Shown: positions 1 to 14,039 of the stretch, in pieces
Numbering within the stretch: the stretch's first letter is position 1
How the letters are laid out: the number at the start of each line of letters is the position of its first letter
Assembly (NCBI GenBank): GCA_001938485.1
Contig: MQRK01233013.1
Location: 12,265 to 72,931 of the forward strand
Source: Girardia tigrina
Lineage: Eukaryota
DNA length: 60,667 bases
Direction: 5' to 3'
Notes under the pieces: model-generated
What the model saw: only the letters and a program-made list of their open reading frames with translations
Told to the model about the DNA's origin: nothing
Database searches by the model: none
Program-made: the position numbers and the translations under genes

Positions 1-1162
1 AGTTTCATTCACCAACATAGATATTCAACTCTTTTTTATTTCCCGTTTTATCAATTCACACTTTAAAAAAATGTCAACCCTCCAACAAACAATAAAAGAA
101 ATTCGCGCCAAATTTTTATTTATTTCTAATCAAATTTATAACATTATTCGATTAAAACAAATCGAATTAACCGAATATTTTTCGGTAAAAGAAATCAAAT
201 TAAAATCATTATTGTTAAAAAAANNNNNNNNNNNNNNNNNNNNNNNNNNNNNNNNNNNNNNNNNNNNNNNNNNNNNNNNNNNNNNNNNNNNNNNNNNNNN
301 NNNNNNNNNNNNNNNNNNNNNNNNNNNNCCATTTCTTGTGTATGAATATTTTCCAATTCTTCTTTAGTGATTTTATCACTTTCGGTGAATGAGCGCATAA
401 TTAAAACAACTCAATAGATCGATTCCATATGAAATTATTTTGAAAGCTTTGAAACTTGGAAAACGAATCCTTTTTACTTATTGCTTGGCTGTCAGATTTA
501 AGAGACTCAACTTCAACATTCACTTTATTTGGAATAAAATAATTTTGGGGGACAATTTTCTTGAAAGAGTTTTCTAATTTATTATTTTGATGCTTAGAAA
601 ACATTTTATCTTAAGTATTGAGCTTAGAATGTTCAAGATTTTTAAATTTAAGAGGAACTGGAGGTTCAATGGCAGGTCTAAGTTTTTTTTGGTTTTCTAT
701 TTCCATAAAATGGGCTAATGTGAATTAATGAAGCTATTCCGCTTTTTAAAAGTCGNNNNNNNNNNNNNNNNNNNNNNNNNNNNNNNNNNNNNNNNNNNNN
801 NNNNNNNNNNNNNNNNNNNNNNNNNNNNNNNNNNNNNNNNNNNNNNNNNNNNNNNNNNNNNNNNNNNNNNNNNNNNNNNTCCATTTGTTTGCATTTCTGA
901 CCGACATTGAATTCTTTCATTGTTGAAACTGCTCGTTGAGGAGGATAACCCGGCCTCCTGTTGTATTGTTTTTACTTGCTCTTCAATTCCGATAGAAATC
1001 CACCGATCAATTCTTTTGAAGATGTAACGGAGAATCCCCAATCATGTCTTCTGTGATCGTTGATGGAGAATAGAGTTTCACGGCGCAAACTCTAGTCATA
1101 TATTCACTGCCCAAATTTTTATAATCAAACACCACAGTTCTCACGAAAGTCATATTATTATT

Positions 1163-1372
1163 ATCGATTTTGTTCATGAATAAATCTGGCTTAATCCTGT
1201 CGACAAACTCCTGATACAACTCATTCTCAATCTGGGCACATACACCCGAGACGCAATCTACAACCATAAGTGCTCCATCGGTGACTTTAAGTGCCGCTGT
1301 CATCTGGCTAATGAAAACCACATGCCTATCGAATTAAAATTATATTGATTAAAACCCCTTTTCATCAGTTTT
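1163..1372 (-). pseudogene. EEF2: Eukaryotic elongation factor 2 G-domain fragment
   Basis: Translates [55 protein letters not shown], matching the eEF2 [45 protein letters not shown] block. Isolated fragment with altered conserved residues. Confidence 0.85.
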
Positions 1373-3499
1373 CCCATAATTACTTAACAGGTTGGCGGTT
1401 TGTTACTTACTAAATTATCTTCAGTCATCTCTTCCCCGTGCCGCAATAAAAGGAAAGAATGTCCTGGATTGAAGATTAATTCCAATAATATTATAATATG
1501 TATTTATAATATATTTATATATATTTTTAGTTCACAACAGTTTAAAGGTCGACAAATTGGTTTCCGACAACATGAAGAATCAGAATTTCAGTTATGGTAC
1601 TCTGAGCCCGCAGATTATCGGGAACCACCTAAATTCAATTTGTGATCATTATTATTTACATTCGATAGTATTGGATCTCGACAGTCTCGAGATTCCAAGA
1701 TCTTGATGTGAGATGTGACTCTCGACTCAACATCTCTAAATACTTCTGAAACTTGAGCCAGCTTCTGGTTCACAACTCACAACGGGGTTTGCCCGGTGAC
1801 TATTGAGGATGATATGAAATTATTTATACATATCACAACAACTGTTGACGGCCAATGTTGGATTTCTCCTAACCTATATACATTTTAACACCGATCTGCA
1901 TCGTCGTCACGATTGTAGTGTATTATCCACCTTTCTTATTTTTTTTATTCATTGTTTCCAATTTTTTATTGTTTTTGTTATTTTTTTGTCATTTTTATTA
2001 TTAAAGAAAAATTATTTGGCTTTTGACCGACGCTCCAGGTCGCCTGGGTGATGAGCGTGTACGTGTGTTTTTTGTGTATCGTTTTTTTGAATTTATTTTT
2101 TTGTGTTTGTTTATGTCTTTTTCGCCGACAAAACTCCCACCTTGATGTGTGGTGGAATGTCGCATTGTTTAGAAAAAAACCCCATTTGTAAAAAAGAGAG
2201 AAAAATTTCCTAAATCTACTTTTATTTTTTTGGCTTATGACAATAATTATGATTTGGAATATCGTCATTAGCAAAATACGAATTGAAATTGAAAATTTGA
2301 AATATTGATCGATAAAACGATCACAATTAAAATTTCAATTTTAATTTAAGCAGATACGGCGATTATTGTTAGAATTTGCAGTTTTTGCAAAGAAAGCAAA
2401 TTATTTCCGTTTTTGATCAAACGTCGGTGAATTAATTAATTCTTCCAGACATTTCTGATATACGGAAACATTCAAGTGAAATCAAATCTTCCCCTGACGT
2501 AATACGAAAACAGATCAGTAAAATTAATCCTTTCCAGACGCGGTATCGAAATATATCAATAAAATCCATCCATACTATCTCGAACTCTCATCATACCTTA
2601 TCGAAAGCTATTCAGGACATCTCGAAACTCAGAAGTAAATATTATCTTTCCTTTCGCATTAAAAATCAGTGGTATTTTTGTTTCTCTATTTTTTTGTGAT
2701 TTATCCCCTTTATGATCCATTAACTATCTTGACAATTTTTTTATCTGTTATTATCAACGGTTGTAAATTTAATTATAATTTTTATAGTTTCCTTCAATAC
2801 TTTATTTTAGTTATTGTATTAATCACGAGATTGCGTAGGCGAGTTAGTGAAGATCTTTGACTCATTAGCTCGTTTCCGTAATAACGATAACAACTGTCAA
2901 ACCATTGCTATTTTATAATAATTACTGCAATACTATTTACACTATTTAAACTAAGTTTATTCCTGAATATCGATTACAAAACCATAATTTATTTCGACAT
3001 TTGACCGAATCACCTACATTAACACTACTCTCGCTATTTCCAATATCGTCTGAGAAAATGTAAGTTGATTCATTCAGATATACAATCAGTAATCGATTTG
3101 TGAATGCAGTTCGATTTCATTATGATTGAATGGGTAAGTTAGCTAATGAATAAGTTTCCAGATAACAAATTTTACAAGCAAGCAAAAAATATTTTTCACA
3201 GAATTTTTTACAAAAAAACATTATATAATAAACTATACAATATATATTTTTTCACTTTTTAAATATTAAAATATTTATATATCCAGATATATTTAATCAA
3301 TCTGGAACAATAATTTTATTATAAAATATCACTAATATTTTTTATTTATTATTTAAAAGCGAGCCTACTCATTATCTACAATAAGTCAGCTCGTTTTTAT
3401 TATATATTATAAATAACAGAAATAATATTGTAGTGTCCTACGTATTTTGATAACAATGAAAAAGGAATGTCTGAAGGATCATCAAATGAAAATTTATAA

Positions 3500-4150
3500 A
3501 TCCAAAAGATTGTGTAATTTTTACCTGCAAAGAAACGAATTTTTTGAACCAGTGTAATGTTTTCAAGGAGTTGACTGTTGGAACAGGTCGAGAATTCGAG
3601 ACAAAAAATAAATTATGTTTCAATTGTTTTCAGACAGGTCATATTATTAGTAATTGTAAAAAATCACGTTTTTGAAAAAAAGTGGGTGTTATCGGAAACA
3701 CCGTTGGTTGATGCACAATGAGAACATTCCATGAGTCTCCAAGACATCAACTGGAAAAAGCAAAACGAGGATCCAAATTGACGAATGCAATAACCTTTCA
3801 AAAAAAGGAATAAATCCAAAGAAATATATCACTTTGAGAACGATACCAATGATAGCAGTCGCTATGGAAGAGGTAAAGGTTAACGCCATTCTGGATAATG
3901 ACAGTACCGTGAGTTACGTAAGTGACCGAAGTACCTAAGAATTAAATTTGTCTGAGATAACTAAAAGAATTGATGTATACGTAACTGTAGTAAATATCGA
4001 AGGTCTTGACTCAATAACATGTAAACAACAATTATTAAGCTCTGATAAAAAGGTATGAATTGACTTTCAAGCTAATGTAATCAAACAAATCTCAAATGGA
4101 ATTAAAATTTTCGATTGGGGAAAAATTCAACGAAAATTGAATCATTTCAA
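3500..4150 (+). mobile_element. BEL/Pao LTR retrotransposon remnant (gag zinc knuckles + aspartic protease)
   Basis: QCNVFKEL..KNKLCFNCFQTGHIISNC knuckle array followed by VNAILDNDSTVSYVS protease-like motif; multiple stops. Confidence 0.7.
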
Positions 4151-6949
4151 ATAACAAAGGGATATTATAAAAAATTGTATTGTGTAAATCTTTATAAATA
4201 TTTCAATAAAATATTTTATAAAGTCTTGTGTTATTCTCGTTTCATTGATTGAAGTTTATAATTGATAAAATACCCCTTAATCTTTGAGTTGATTTGAGTG
4301 GAAAATTATCTTATTATAGTTCTCCTTTGTTACTACAATCGGCAAATAACTATTTGACCCTTCGTACGTAACAATTGTGTAATTCAATAAAAAATACCAT
4401 TATATTAATTAACTTTTTACTTTACTAACTAAATTATTTAAAAAATTTTATTTAACTGTTCAAATTTCTTAATTTTAAATAACGTATTTATTATTTATTT
4501 AATTAATTTACATAATATCTATTATTTCCGAAGTTCGCAAAATGTTCGGTCAAACGTTTAATTTTCCTCTCCATAAATGTTATTTTTAATTTAAAGTATT
4601 ATTTACCTTTATAATCAATTTGTAAATTGAATTTTAATTAAAATATCTTTGAATAATAAGACGGTTAAGAATATTAATAAAATAATTTATCAATCAAGAA
4701 CGATGACTAGCTACGCAAGTTTTGTGGAGATATGTCCTAGTGGCAATTCAGGTTGTCAAACAAATAAATGAGGTGAAAATTCAATTAGTGTTCTTAATAA
4801 TGTGCTAGTATTTATTTTGCAATCATGTTTTTCTTCTTTCAATCTAGTCAAAATAAATTAAAAAATATATTTTTAGCTTTAATAATATATAGTGCCACGT
4901 TAAAACGTCAGTTATAATCACGTTAAAATCAGTAATGAAAATTCTAAATATACTTAAATTATTATTTTCATCACCGAAAATGAAAATTAACTTACTCATT
5001 ATTAGGTTTGAATTCAGAATTCCCAAAAATAATGAAAAAATACCTAATATTCAATAACTTATGACAAATTTAAACTGGACACGTTTTTTAAACAAGAGCT
5101 TTTTGTGAATAATTTTAAAAAATAAAACATTTAACTATTTTTCATGACCAAAATAAAAAATAAATCATATAAGACATAAAATCTAGACGCGCAAAGAATA
5201 TCAGGATTTTATAACCGAGCTGTCGAACAGTTTACCTGAACGAAGCACTATCTTATACAAGATAATGCTCGTGTTCTTATGAATACCATTTCAAAGCTGC
5301 CAAAAATGAATACAAAGAGATAATAAATTACTATCGCCATATGAAAAAAATTCTTTGCCGACTGCTTTGATGAAGCAGACATTTTTGATGACTGATTAAA
5401 TTAATGGGATTATATTAAAAATATGTAATTTTATATAATAAAAAATATTAAATAAACTTCTTACTTCTTTTTCATACATAATAACTTAGAAAAATGAAAT
5501 TAATTGTGAATAATGTCAAAATAACTTTGGCATATATTTGTAGTTAACTGCAAGCCACTGTAGCATTTAAAGAGATGGGATGCTCCCTGTACCTTTTAAA
5601 TGGTCGCAATTGCGAACTAATTAAAACAAAACGGATTATGAATAAACAATGAAATAATGTTATCAAAACTCGTAACATTTATAAATAAATTAAAATATGA
5701 ATTTGTCAAAATTATTTTTATTTTTTTCGAAAAAAAAACTATTCAAAATTTTATATTTAATTATTGGATTAATTAATTAAAAAATGACCAATAGCTCATT
5801 GATCGTTAATATGCTTTAACAACACCAATATGGTTTCCCATCCATTTATTATTATCTCAATTTGTAAATTTTAATATAGTACAATTTTCATTAAAGCATT
5901 TTTTTAACTTTACATATAGCTAAATTGACAAAATTTTGTAAATTTATCGTTGAAAAACAATAATTCGGCCAAATTTTCATCTTAAATTATTTTTAGATTT
6001 TATTTTAAAAATGCAACTTTTGTATTTTTTTTAATAATTTCATCTAAAAATTCATTTAATTTTAAAATGATTTTATTTAAAGTAAACCATTTTTTAATCA
6101 ATGTTTTACATATAAATTTTAGATTATTAACTTTATCAAAATTGTATCAAGATTTTATTTTTTAAATATTTTAAATATCTTATGTTATAATTTAAAATGC
6201 AAATAAAGCTGACATAACTATTTATCATGAACATGTTGGGGTATCGAGGTGATAATAGATGTAGGTACATTTAGCGTGTAAATGACCGTTTAAACGTTTA
6301 ACGATTTATAAACGAGTGATTATATTTCAAAAGTTGTGAAATAAAGAAACAGATATGTAAAAACGATGGGCTTGTTGCGACTTTACCATTATTTTGCATC
6401 AACTGCTCGAGCAAAATTGTTTGTTTAAGAATTTCATAAAACATTTACACAATAAATTTATAATCCATAGAATTATCGAAATGAATGAACTTTGAAGAAA
6501 ATATAGCTTAGTCGTGAAATATCGCTATGAAGTTGCAGATCGTTTACACTTTTATAATGCTAAATGAAGACCGTTTAAACATTTAGAAAATTTTAAAACT
6601 TGCACACATCTAGGTGATAATTACAAATTTTGTGTCAAAAAAGTAAAAACAAAGTAATATTAATCAAAATATTTATTTTCAATTTACAATTTTATTTTAC
6701 AACAGAGTTTAAATGAAAAATAAACCTACTCTTATTTTCTTAAGTTGGATAGGAGTGTGTCACTTAGTGTCTTCACAAATTTATTTCAAATATATAGGAA
6801 TATAATAGTTTAAATAAAATAAGGAAAAATCTAGAGATGAAAGAAAATAAGAATATATAAACTAAGACAAGAAAGAATGAATGCATAAAGGGAAGAAACA
6901 AAATAATTAAATCAAATAAATAACACTAATTATATACAAATTTATCAAA

Positions 6950-7660
6950 TTGTTTAGCAAAGGGATAATGCGCGATCTGAGGTTTAGCTTAGATGGATAA
7001 TTGATCTCGAGGTTAGAATCATGGCATAATCTTGTTCCGCGGTGTACGACGAAAAGGCTCGTCAATGTCCACCTTTTAGAGAAGAGGTTGTCTGTGCTGG
7101 AGGCAATAGCGGGTACAAGACGCATCGCACCGAAAATTTGAGTTACATTTGATAATCAGCAAGATTTGGTTGTCATGAGGAGGAATTACTTCAAATTACC
7201 GGTTATTATGAGGTTTGGATAACAATTGGGCTTCCAAAGGTTGGACATTGGTTAAGGTAGGTTGAATAGAATCTAGAACAGGGTATTTTGCTACTTTGAC
7301 AGGATGTCGGCACAAAACACCTTTTGTCCAAACAATTTTTGTAACATGTTATTTATCTGATAAATCTGGCGGGGGAGGCAACGTTTATATTTAATCATAC
7401 TTGAAGATGTTAACAGAATTAAATTATAAGCCGTTGTATGAAAGGATGGCTGCGGAAGAAAGTTCTTTCAATTGATCAGGAGGGGTCAGCGGTGGAATTT
7501 CTAAATCAAAACAAAGCATTGCGATTTCTGCCCAGTGACATGAATGTCAACGTGAAGAAATTCGATTAAGCGCTAGTAAATGACGTGAGTAACTATGACT
7601 CTCTTAGGTAGCCAAATGTCTCGTCATCTAATTAGTGAAGTGCATGAATGGATTAACGAC
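6950..7660 (+). pseudogene. Divergent 28S/LSU rRNA fragment
   Basis: AAAACAAAGCATTGCGAT-TTCTGCCCAGTG..TGAATGTCAA..GAGTAACTATGACTCTCTTAGGTAGCCAAATGTCTCGTCATCTAATTAGTGAAGTGCATGAATGGATTAACGA (7508-7659) matches the LSU core around the R2 site. GGATAACAATTGGGCTTCCAAAGGTTGG upstream matches GGATAAGGATTGGCTCTAAGGG. The 5' limit is approximate. Confidence 0.85.
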
Positions 7661-7781
7661 AAATGTAAAAATTTTTTTTAGGTTCATATGCTGGGTGTTG
7701 TCATCGAGAAAGAGTAAGTGCGCAAAGTTTGAAGAAAAAAAATGAGTAGAAAGCCTTCAAAAACAGGTTTCTGAATTCTAT

Positions 7782-7820
<39 letters not shown>
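7661..7820 (+). repeat. Dispersed non-autonomous repeat ending in (TA)n; second copy at 20680-20805
   Basis: TGTCATCGAG..GAGTAAGTG..AAAGTTTGAAG..AAGCCTTCAAAAACAGGTTTCT..ATGGATA(TA)n occurs at both sites; resembles Helitron/Helentron-type non-autonomous ends (inference). Confidence 0.6.
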
Positions 7821-7822
<2 letters not shown>

Positions 7823-8214
7823 TGACCGTCTTTTACGAAACGTTTATACAAATAATAATTTATTTAATTTGTTTAAATAATATAATATTTATTGTTATTC
7901 AACGAATATTGAATGACCGAAAGATTATTATTNNNNNNNNNNNNNNNNNNNNNNNNNNNNNNNNNNNNNNNNNNNNNNNNNNNNNNNNNNNNNNNNNNNN
8001 NNNNNNNNNNNNNNNNNNNNNNNNNNNNNNNNNNNNNNNNNNNNNNNNNNNNNNNNNNNNNNNNNCTTTTTTTAGTAATTTTATTTTTTCAAACGTTACA
8101 TATATAATTATATAAGAATGTTAATTTTTACATATTTAATATAACCTTCTTTCAAAAACTTTTATAGCATTGTTTAATTCCTGACATTATTCATTAGTTT
8201 AACACATTTTACAC

Positions 8215-8990
8215 TTAATTCCCGATCGTTATTCGACGAATTTTGAATGAGCGAATGATTATTGGCGGCGTTATCGAGTTGTTGTTATTGGACACGAATT
8301 TCACGGGATTCTGATTGTTGATGTTGCTGTGGTTACCGGTGTTGATCAGAGCGATTTGTAGTGGCCCCGAGAAGCTCGACGACAAATCCACCGCTCCGAT
8401 ATTCTTATAGCAATTCACCGGGAAGGACGATAATCGCGATAGTTCTTCGGCTTTTCGCTTTTTCGACGTCTAATATTTTGAATTCAATCCGGCGGTGATT
8501 ATATTCCGATTGTTATTGGAATTGTTGGCGCTATTGATCGAGGAAGAAGCGATCGATGACGACGAGCAACAATCGGACAACAATTCCATCCCGACTATCG
8601 GACCGCCGTTCGTTAAATACGACAACATTTTCACGGAATTCGCGGCGAATGGAAACGTCGGTTGATGGAGAATCGGAAGAGAGATGTGACAATTTATGAT
8701 GGAATTCTCATTGGTATGATTTGAATAAATATTATTTATGATAATACTCTCTTGAAGCGACTTGATGTCGTCTTCGATGATTTCTCGGTGAGAAAACAAT
8801 TTATCGACCCCTCCAAGATTTCGGAGAACTGAGAGTTGTCCATCTCGACTTGTTTTAAAATCGCGCTTGTTGAAACAGCAGCATTCATTCGCGGTCGTTT
8901 AGGAAACGGGTCATTTTGACCCATCGATTTGACTCGAGCGTTTAGTCGATTCTTCACTCGAATAATCGATCGATCTCGGTTCTTCATCTG
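8215..8990 (-). pseudogene. Asn/Ser-rich host-like coding fragment with one frameshift and one stop
   Basis: Three collinear ORFs (8987-8736, 8799-8470, 8418-8215) in a CpG-rich island join into ~255 aa of low-complexity, nuclear-protein-like sequence (KRPR, SKKRK). Confidence 0.45.
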
Positions 8991-9189
8991 ACATTTTTTG
9001 TCAAAAATTATGTTTATTTATATAGAGCGAGAGACGCGTCAAAATAAGTTAATTGTCGTTAATCGATATTGCTAATGTAACCAGGAAGAGAGAATTATGA
9101 ACGTTAAATAAATATATTTTATAACATTTAAAAATTTTTTCGCGATCATAATTTTTTTATTTATTAAAACAATACAAAAATTAATTTAT

Positions 9190-10645
9190 TTACAGTTTTT
9201 TCGATCATTATAATTTTTTAATTGTTCATTGTATTAAAATTTTTTAATGCACGTCTGAATTTTTCCAATTTTAAAAATTTCAGGGGTCGCAAATCCAATT
9301 AAGAATTCTTTTCAAAATTAAAAATCAAAAAATTAAATTAAATATCACCTAAAAAACTCTTAATTGGTTGCTGCTGCTGATACGATTCAGTGAACACTAC
9401 AATGTATAATAGAGTTTACATGCACGAAATGGCAATAAGTAAATTGGCTGTTACCTGGAAATATGTTGGCTTAAGATACTTAGAAATAGCCAAAAGATTG
9501 GGTGTTTCCCGAAGTTCAGCAGTAAACTTGTGCAAATATCCAGTAAAGTGTATAAATATGAAGACAGGGCCGACGCCAAAAATTGATAAAGATGTTATGC
9601 TACGAATGAAAAGAGCAATTTCTGTTTTTCACGAGAAAGGTAAAAAGATAAATACTCTCAAATTAATGAGTGGATGTTAAATTACAGCATCACAAAGAAC
9701 AGTACAAAGAAAGTTACAAAAATGCGGTTTCAAATACAAACGGATATCATCCCAAATTGATTTGACAAAAATTCAGAAGCAGAAACGCGTCTAATGCATA
9801 GAATCATGGATATCCATCAATCATAATTGGGATAAAACAATATTTTCAGACGAGAAACGATTTTCATTAGATGGTGCAGACGACTGGAGATCTTATAATA
9901 TAATTGTAATCTTATAATTGTAATCATCTAAAGAATATCACATAAAATGACAATGTAAAGGTGGCGGTGTTATGGTTTGGATGATGACAATGCCAAACGG
10001 CCTGTTGTCCTTCAAGGTGATCAACGGAATTTTAAATTCCGATAGATATATCATGCTATTATCAGAAAATGTTGTTCCGATAATAAGATTAAATTATATG
10101 AAAGATTTGTACTTCCAGGAAGACGATTATCCCTGTGCACAGAAGTATAAAAGTTAAAGAATACATGAAAAGAACAGGAATACGTATCATTGAGTGGCCT
10201 TCAAAGTGTCCAGACCTTAATATTGTTGAGGATTGCTGGAAAAGGCTATCTGATTTGGTTTACGACGGAAAGCAATTTCAATGTAAAGATAATTTAGTGC
10301 AAAAAATCACTTTTTGTGTAAATCATCTTAATAAGTATCAACGTGGGACAATTCTAGATTTGTATAAATATTTCAGAAGTCGTTCGTGCACAGTCTTTAA
10401 AAAACACAAAGATTTGTTTAATTGTTAACCTGTTCATAAAAATAAATCACTGTATTAAAAAATTTGGCGTTTTTCAATGTAACATTTTTACAATAGTTGA
10501 CATGGTATTTAAAAAAATTAAATAAGTTACAATTTGTATATAAATATAAAATACATTTATAAGTATGTATTAATTTATTTATACATACTTCGGATAAACG
10601 ATTTTTATATGAAAAAGGAAGTGTACGAATAAATTTGACGGTCAG
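9190..10645 (+). mobile_element. Tc1-family (DD34E) transposon, decayed
   Basis: HTH (EIAKRLGVSRS), TIFSDEKRFSLDG, GGGVMVW, FQEDD, WPSKCPDLNIVE. 3' end GACGGTCAG followed by (TA)n; 5' limit approximate. Confidence 0.9.
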
Positions 10646-11962
10646 TATATATATATATATATTAATATAACTAATTTTCCTTATATGTGTGGATAATATG
10701 TAGCTCCCAATTAATATGCTAAAATTTTGGAACCTAAGAAACAAATTGTTTTGATTGAAAAATTGCTTTTATTCTTCGATATCTAAACTCTTGAAACTCT
10801 ATTTGCGTAATCATAAAAATATTTTATGATGTAACTTTTATAATTAAAATCTCATTAAACCATAAATTTTTTATTGTTAACAAATTATCATAATGATTTT
10901 TTTAATATCAGTTGTTATCCCTTTCTAAAAAATTACATTTTATTATACAAATGTTTATTTGATACGTAAAAATATTTTATTGATTTATACAAGATATAAA
11001 TTGTATTTACAGTCGAAATTGCGCAATCCGGATTCGTGGGTACCAAGAAAATTAAATTAAAATTTGACTATACATATATATTTTTGGGGGATCAGAAAAA
11101 TCATCCGTATTTCGCGAATATCCGGATTAGGCAAATACGATTATATTTATAAAACTTGTTTTTCCAATTAAGACAGTTGAATTTATTTTGTAATTCATTT
11201 ATGAATTAATTTATATTAGTGTTCATGAATTGTTATAATATTTTTTTTCTTTTATGACAGAACGATTTTTTATTTAAGTATCTAATAAAGTAATTTAAAA
11301 AATTCTTTTGAAAATTATTTTCCACAAAACGTTGTTTAAATGCACTAATTCTCATTCTGAATAATTAAGTATAATTTAAAACATCAAAAAGATTTTTTAA
11401 TTCTTTAACCAATATAATTTTATTTGACCTATCTCTAATTTTAACGCACTAATCTACTTGTCACCGACGTTATGGGGACTATGCAAAATCTGAGAGAGAT
11501 CCTTTACTACAACACGTGCCAAATTAAGAAAAGTGAACACCAGCTGATCGACGATCACAAGAGAAGCGGCCTAAAGGTAACACTCGATAGTCTGTGACGC
11601 TCGATCGCTCAATTATCTCTCTATCATTTGAGGTGCGTGTCAACGTCGTCGGACTGGACGATAATAAATTCTCAATCCGGACGCGACTCGAAGAGAGCGG
11701 TCTTAATCAAACGGTTGTTTCCAATGTGTCTTTATTTACACTTTCGCTCAATTTCATTATCAAATTATAAACATCGTTTATACAATATGGCTTCATATAC
11801 TTTTATTAACAACACCATTCAGATTGTCTTCGGGATAATTATCAATAGATCTTCCACTATTTATTGTCGTCCTTAATTTGGATATAAGTCTTTTTGTTGA
11901 ATATTCGAGCCAAATTAATTTCCTATGAAAGTTTCCGTTTGAACATTTGATATATATATATA

Positions 11963-13189
11963 CAGGGTGCGGCAGCTATTTGAGAACAAAATGACATAAA
12001 GTTCAAAAAATGAATATACAACAGAAAAATAACATTTATTACAATTTAAAATTTTACATATATTAACANNNNNNNNNNNNNNNNNNNNNNNNNNNNNNNN
12101 NNNNNNNNNNNNNNNNNNNNNNNNNNNNNNNNNNNNNNNNNNNNNNNNNNNNNNNNNNNNNNNNNNNNNNNNNNNNNNNNNNNNNNNNNNNNNNNNNNNN
12201 NNNNNNNNNNNNNNNNNNNNNNNNNNNNNNNNNNNNNNNNNNNNNNNNNNNNNNNNNNNNNNNNNNNNNNNNNNNNNNNNNNNNNNNNNNNNNNNNNNNN
12301 NNNNNNNNNNNNNNNNNNNNNNNNNNNNNNNNNNNNNNNNNNNNNNNNNNNNNNNNNNNNNNNNNNNNNNNNNNNNNNNNNNNNNNNNNNNNNNNNNNNN
12401 NNNNNNNNNNNNNNNNNNNNNNNNNNNNNNNNNNNNNNNNNNNNNNNNNNNNNNNNNNNNNNNNNNNNNNNNNNNNNNNNNNNNNNNNNNNNNNNNNNNN
12501 NNNNNNNNNNNNNNNNNNNNNNNNNNNNNNNNNNNNNNNNNNNNNNNNNNNNNNNNNNNNNNNNNNNNNNNNNNNNNNNNNNNNNNNNNNNNNNNNNNNN
12601 NNNNNNNNNNNNNNNNNNNNNNNNNNNNNNNNNNNNNNNNNNNNNNNNNNNNNNNNNNNNNNNNNNNNNNNNNNNNNNNNNNNNNNNNNNNNNNNNNNNN
12701 NNNNNNNNNNNNNNNNNNNNNNNNNNNNNNNNNNNNNNNNNNNNNNNNNNNNNNNNNNNNNNNNNNNNNNNNNNNNNNNNNNNNNNNNNNNNNNNNNNNN
12801 NNNNNNNNNNNNNNNNNNNNNNNNNNNNNNNNNNNNNNNNNNNNNNNNNNNNNNNNNNNNNNNNNNNNNNNNNNNNNNNNNNNNNNNNNNNNNNNNNNNN
12901 NNNNNNNNNNNNNNNNNNNNNNNNNNNNNNNNNNNNNNNNNNNNNNNNNNNNNNNNNNNNNNNNNNNNNNNNNNNNNNNNNNNNNNNNNNNNNNNNNNNN
13001 NNNNNNNNNNNNNNNNNNNNNNNNNNNNNNNNNNNNNNNNNNNNNNNNNNNNNNNNNNNNNNNNNNNNTTTTCATTTCATTCGTAAGAGTAGCTTCTGCC
13101 ATGTCTACCAGCAAAAATAAAATTATGTAATTATAACACACAAAAGGATATGGTGTCTATATTACGTGTTCTCAAATAGCTGCCGCATC

Positions 13190-13192
<3 letters not shown>
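11963..13192 (-). mobile_element. Tc1/mariner-superfamily element, interior in an assembly gap
   Basis: 26-bp TIRs CAGGGTGCGGCAGCTATTTGAGAACA / TGTTCTCAAATAGCTGCCGCATCCTG (one mismatch), TA flanks, ~1.2 kb, ORF start MAEATLTNEMK. Confidence 0.85.
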
Positions 13193-13221
<29 letters not shown>

Positions 13222-13223
<2 letters not shown>

Positions 13224-13460
13224 CAAGCATAAGTGAACATTCACAGTCTCGTAGATCGAGTAAGGTTCTTGATCACTGCAAATTAGTACAGATAGAACTT
13301 CATCATTTTCAAAAGATCAATTTTCTATTCTTCATAACAATTTTTGATTCACTTAATGAAAATATGTATTACGAAGCATTGCTAATTAGATACTATAAGC
13401 GATTGATTAACATCCAAAATGGAAAAGTAAAGTAGCTTCAATATTACATATCTTTATAAA
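13222..13460 (+). mobile_element. Penelope-like GIY-YIG C-terminal fragment
   Basis: ISEHSQSRRSSKVLDH..EALLIRYYKRLINIQNG; homologous to 58770-59036. Confidence 0.75.
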
Positions 13461-14039
13461 ATATTAGTTATGTATTATTATCATTTTATTTATTTTATAC
13501 ACATATATTTTACTTAACTAACACAAAATGCTTCATTTAATTCTCTAAAAACGTACTTTACCAAGTAGTTTATTCGCATTAATTTTCTAAAATTAATTTT
13601 ATTAAAATATTTGAAATATATATTATTTCAGTTCTTTTTAAATATAACTTATATTTAAAATTTTAACATTACTCATTGTTTCATAATAATTAAAATTTTT
13701 TTCGGGTTCTTAATTACTTCTTTAACGTTTAATATTAAAAATTGTTCTGAATTTCAACATATATTTATTATATTAAGTGTCTCTGTTTCTAGAGCCTTTT
13801 TAGCATTGCTTATCCTAATACGCAGTGTCTTCATGCCAAAAGCATTGATTTATGTAGCGTTCTAATAGGATAAGTCACGATTAAATAAAAAAAGATAAAC
13901 TGATTTATTTAAACATAAGCAGAAGACAGTATAGAATGATACTAGGTTTGGAAGGTTCTTACAGTGCATTTCATATTACTCGGCACAATGTGATTTTTGA
14001 AAATACGGTTTCTCATTTTTATGCTATTTTAAATGAGCA

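Noticed and set aside
2430-2640. Imperfect ~45-bp repeats
   Set aside because: Too degenerate to define a unit; plausibly the UTR of the neighbouring LTR remnant.
8736-8987. bZIP or HMG-box assignment (KRPRMNA)
   Set aside because: The basic-region Asn/Arg spacing, heptad pattern and HMG aromatics are not convincingly present.
11915-13141. 408-aa ORF and other X-rich ORFs
   Set aside because: Artefacts of N runs.
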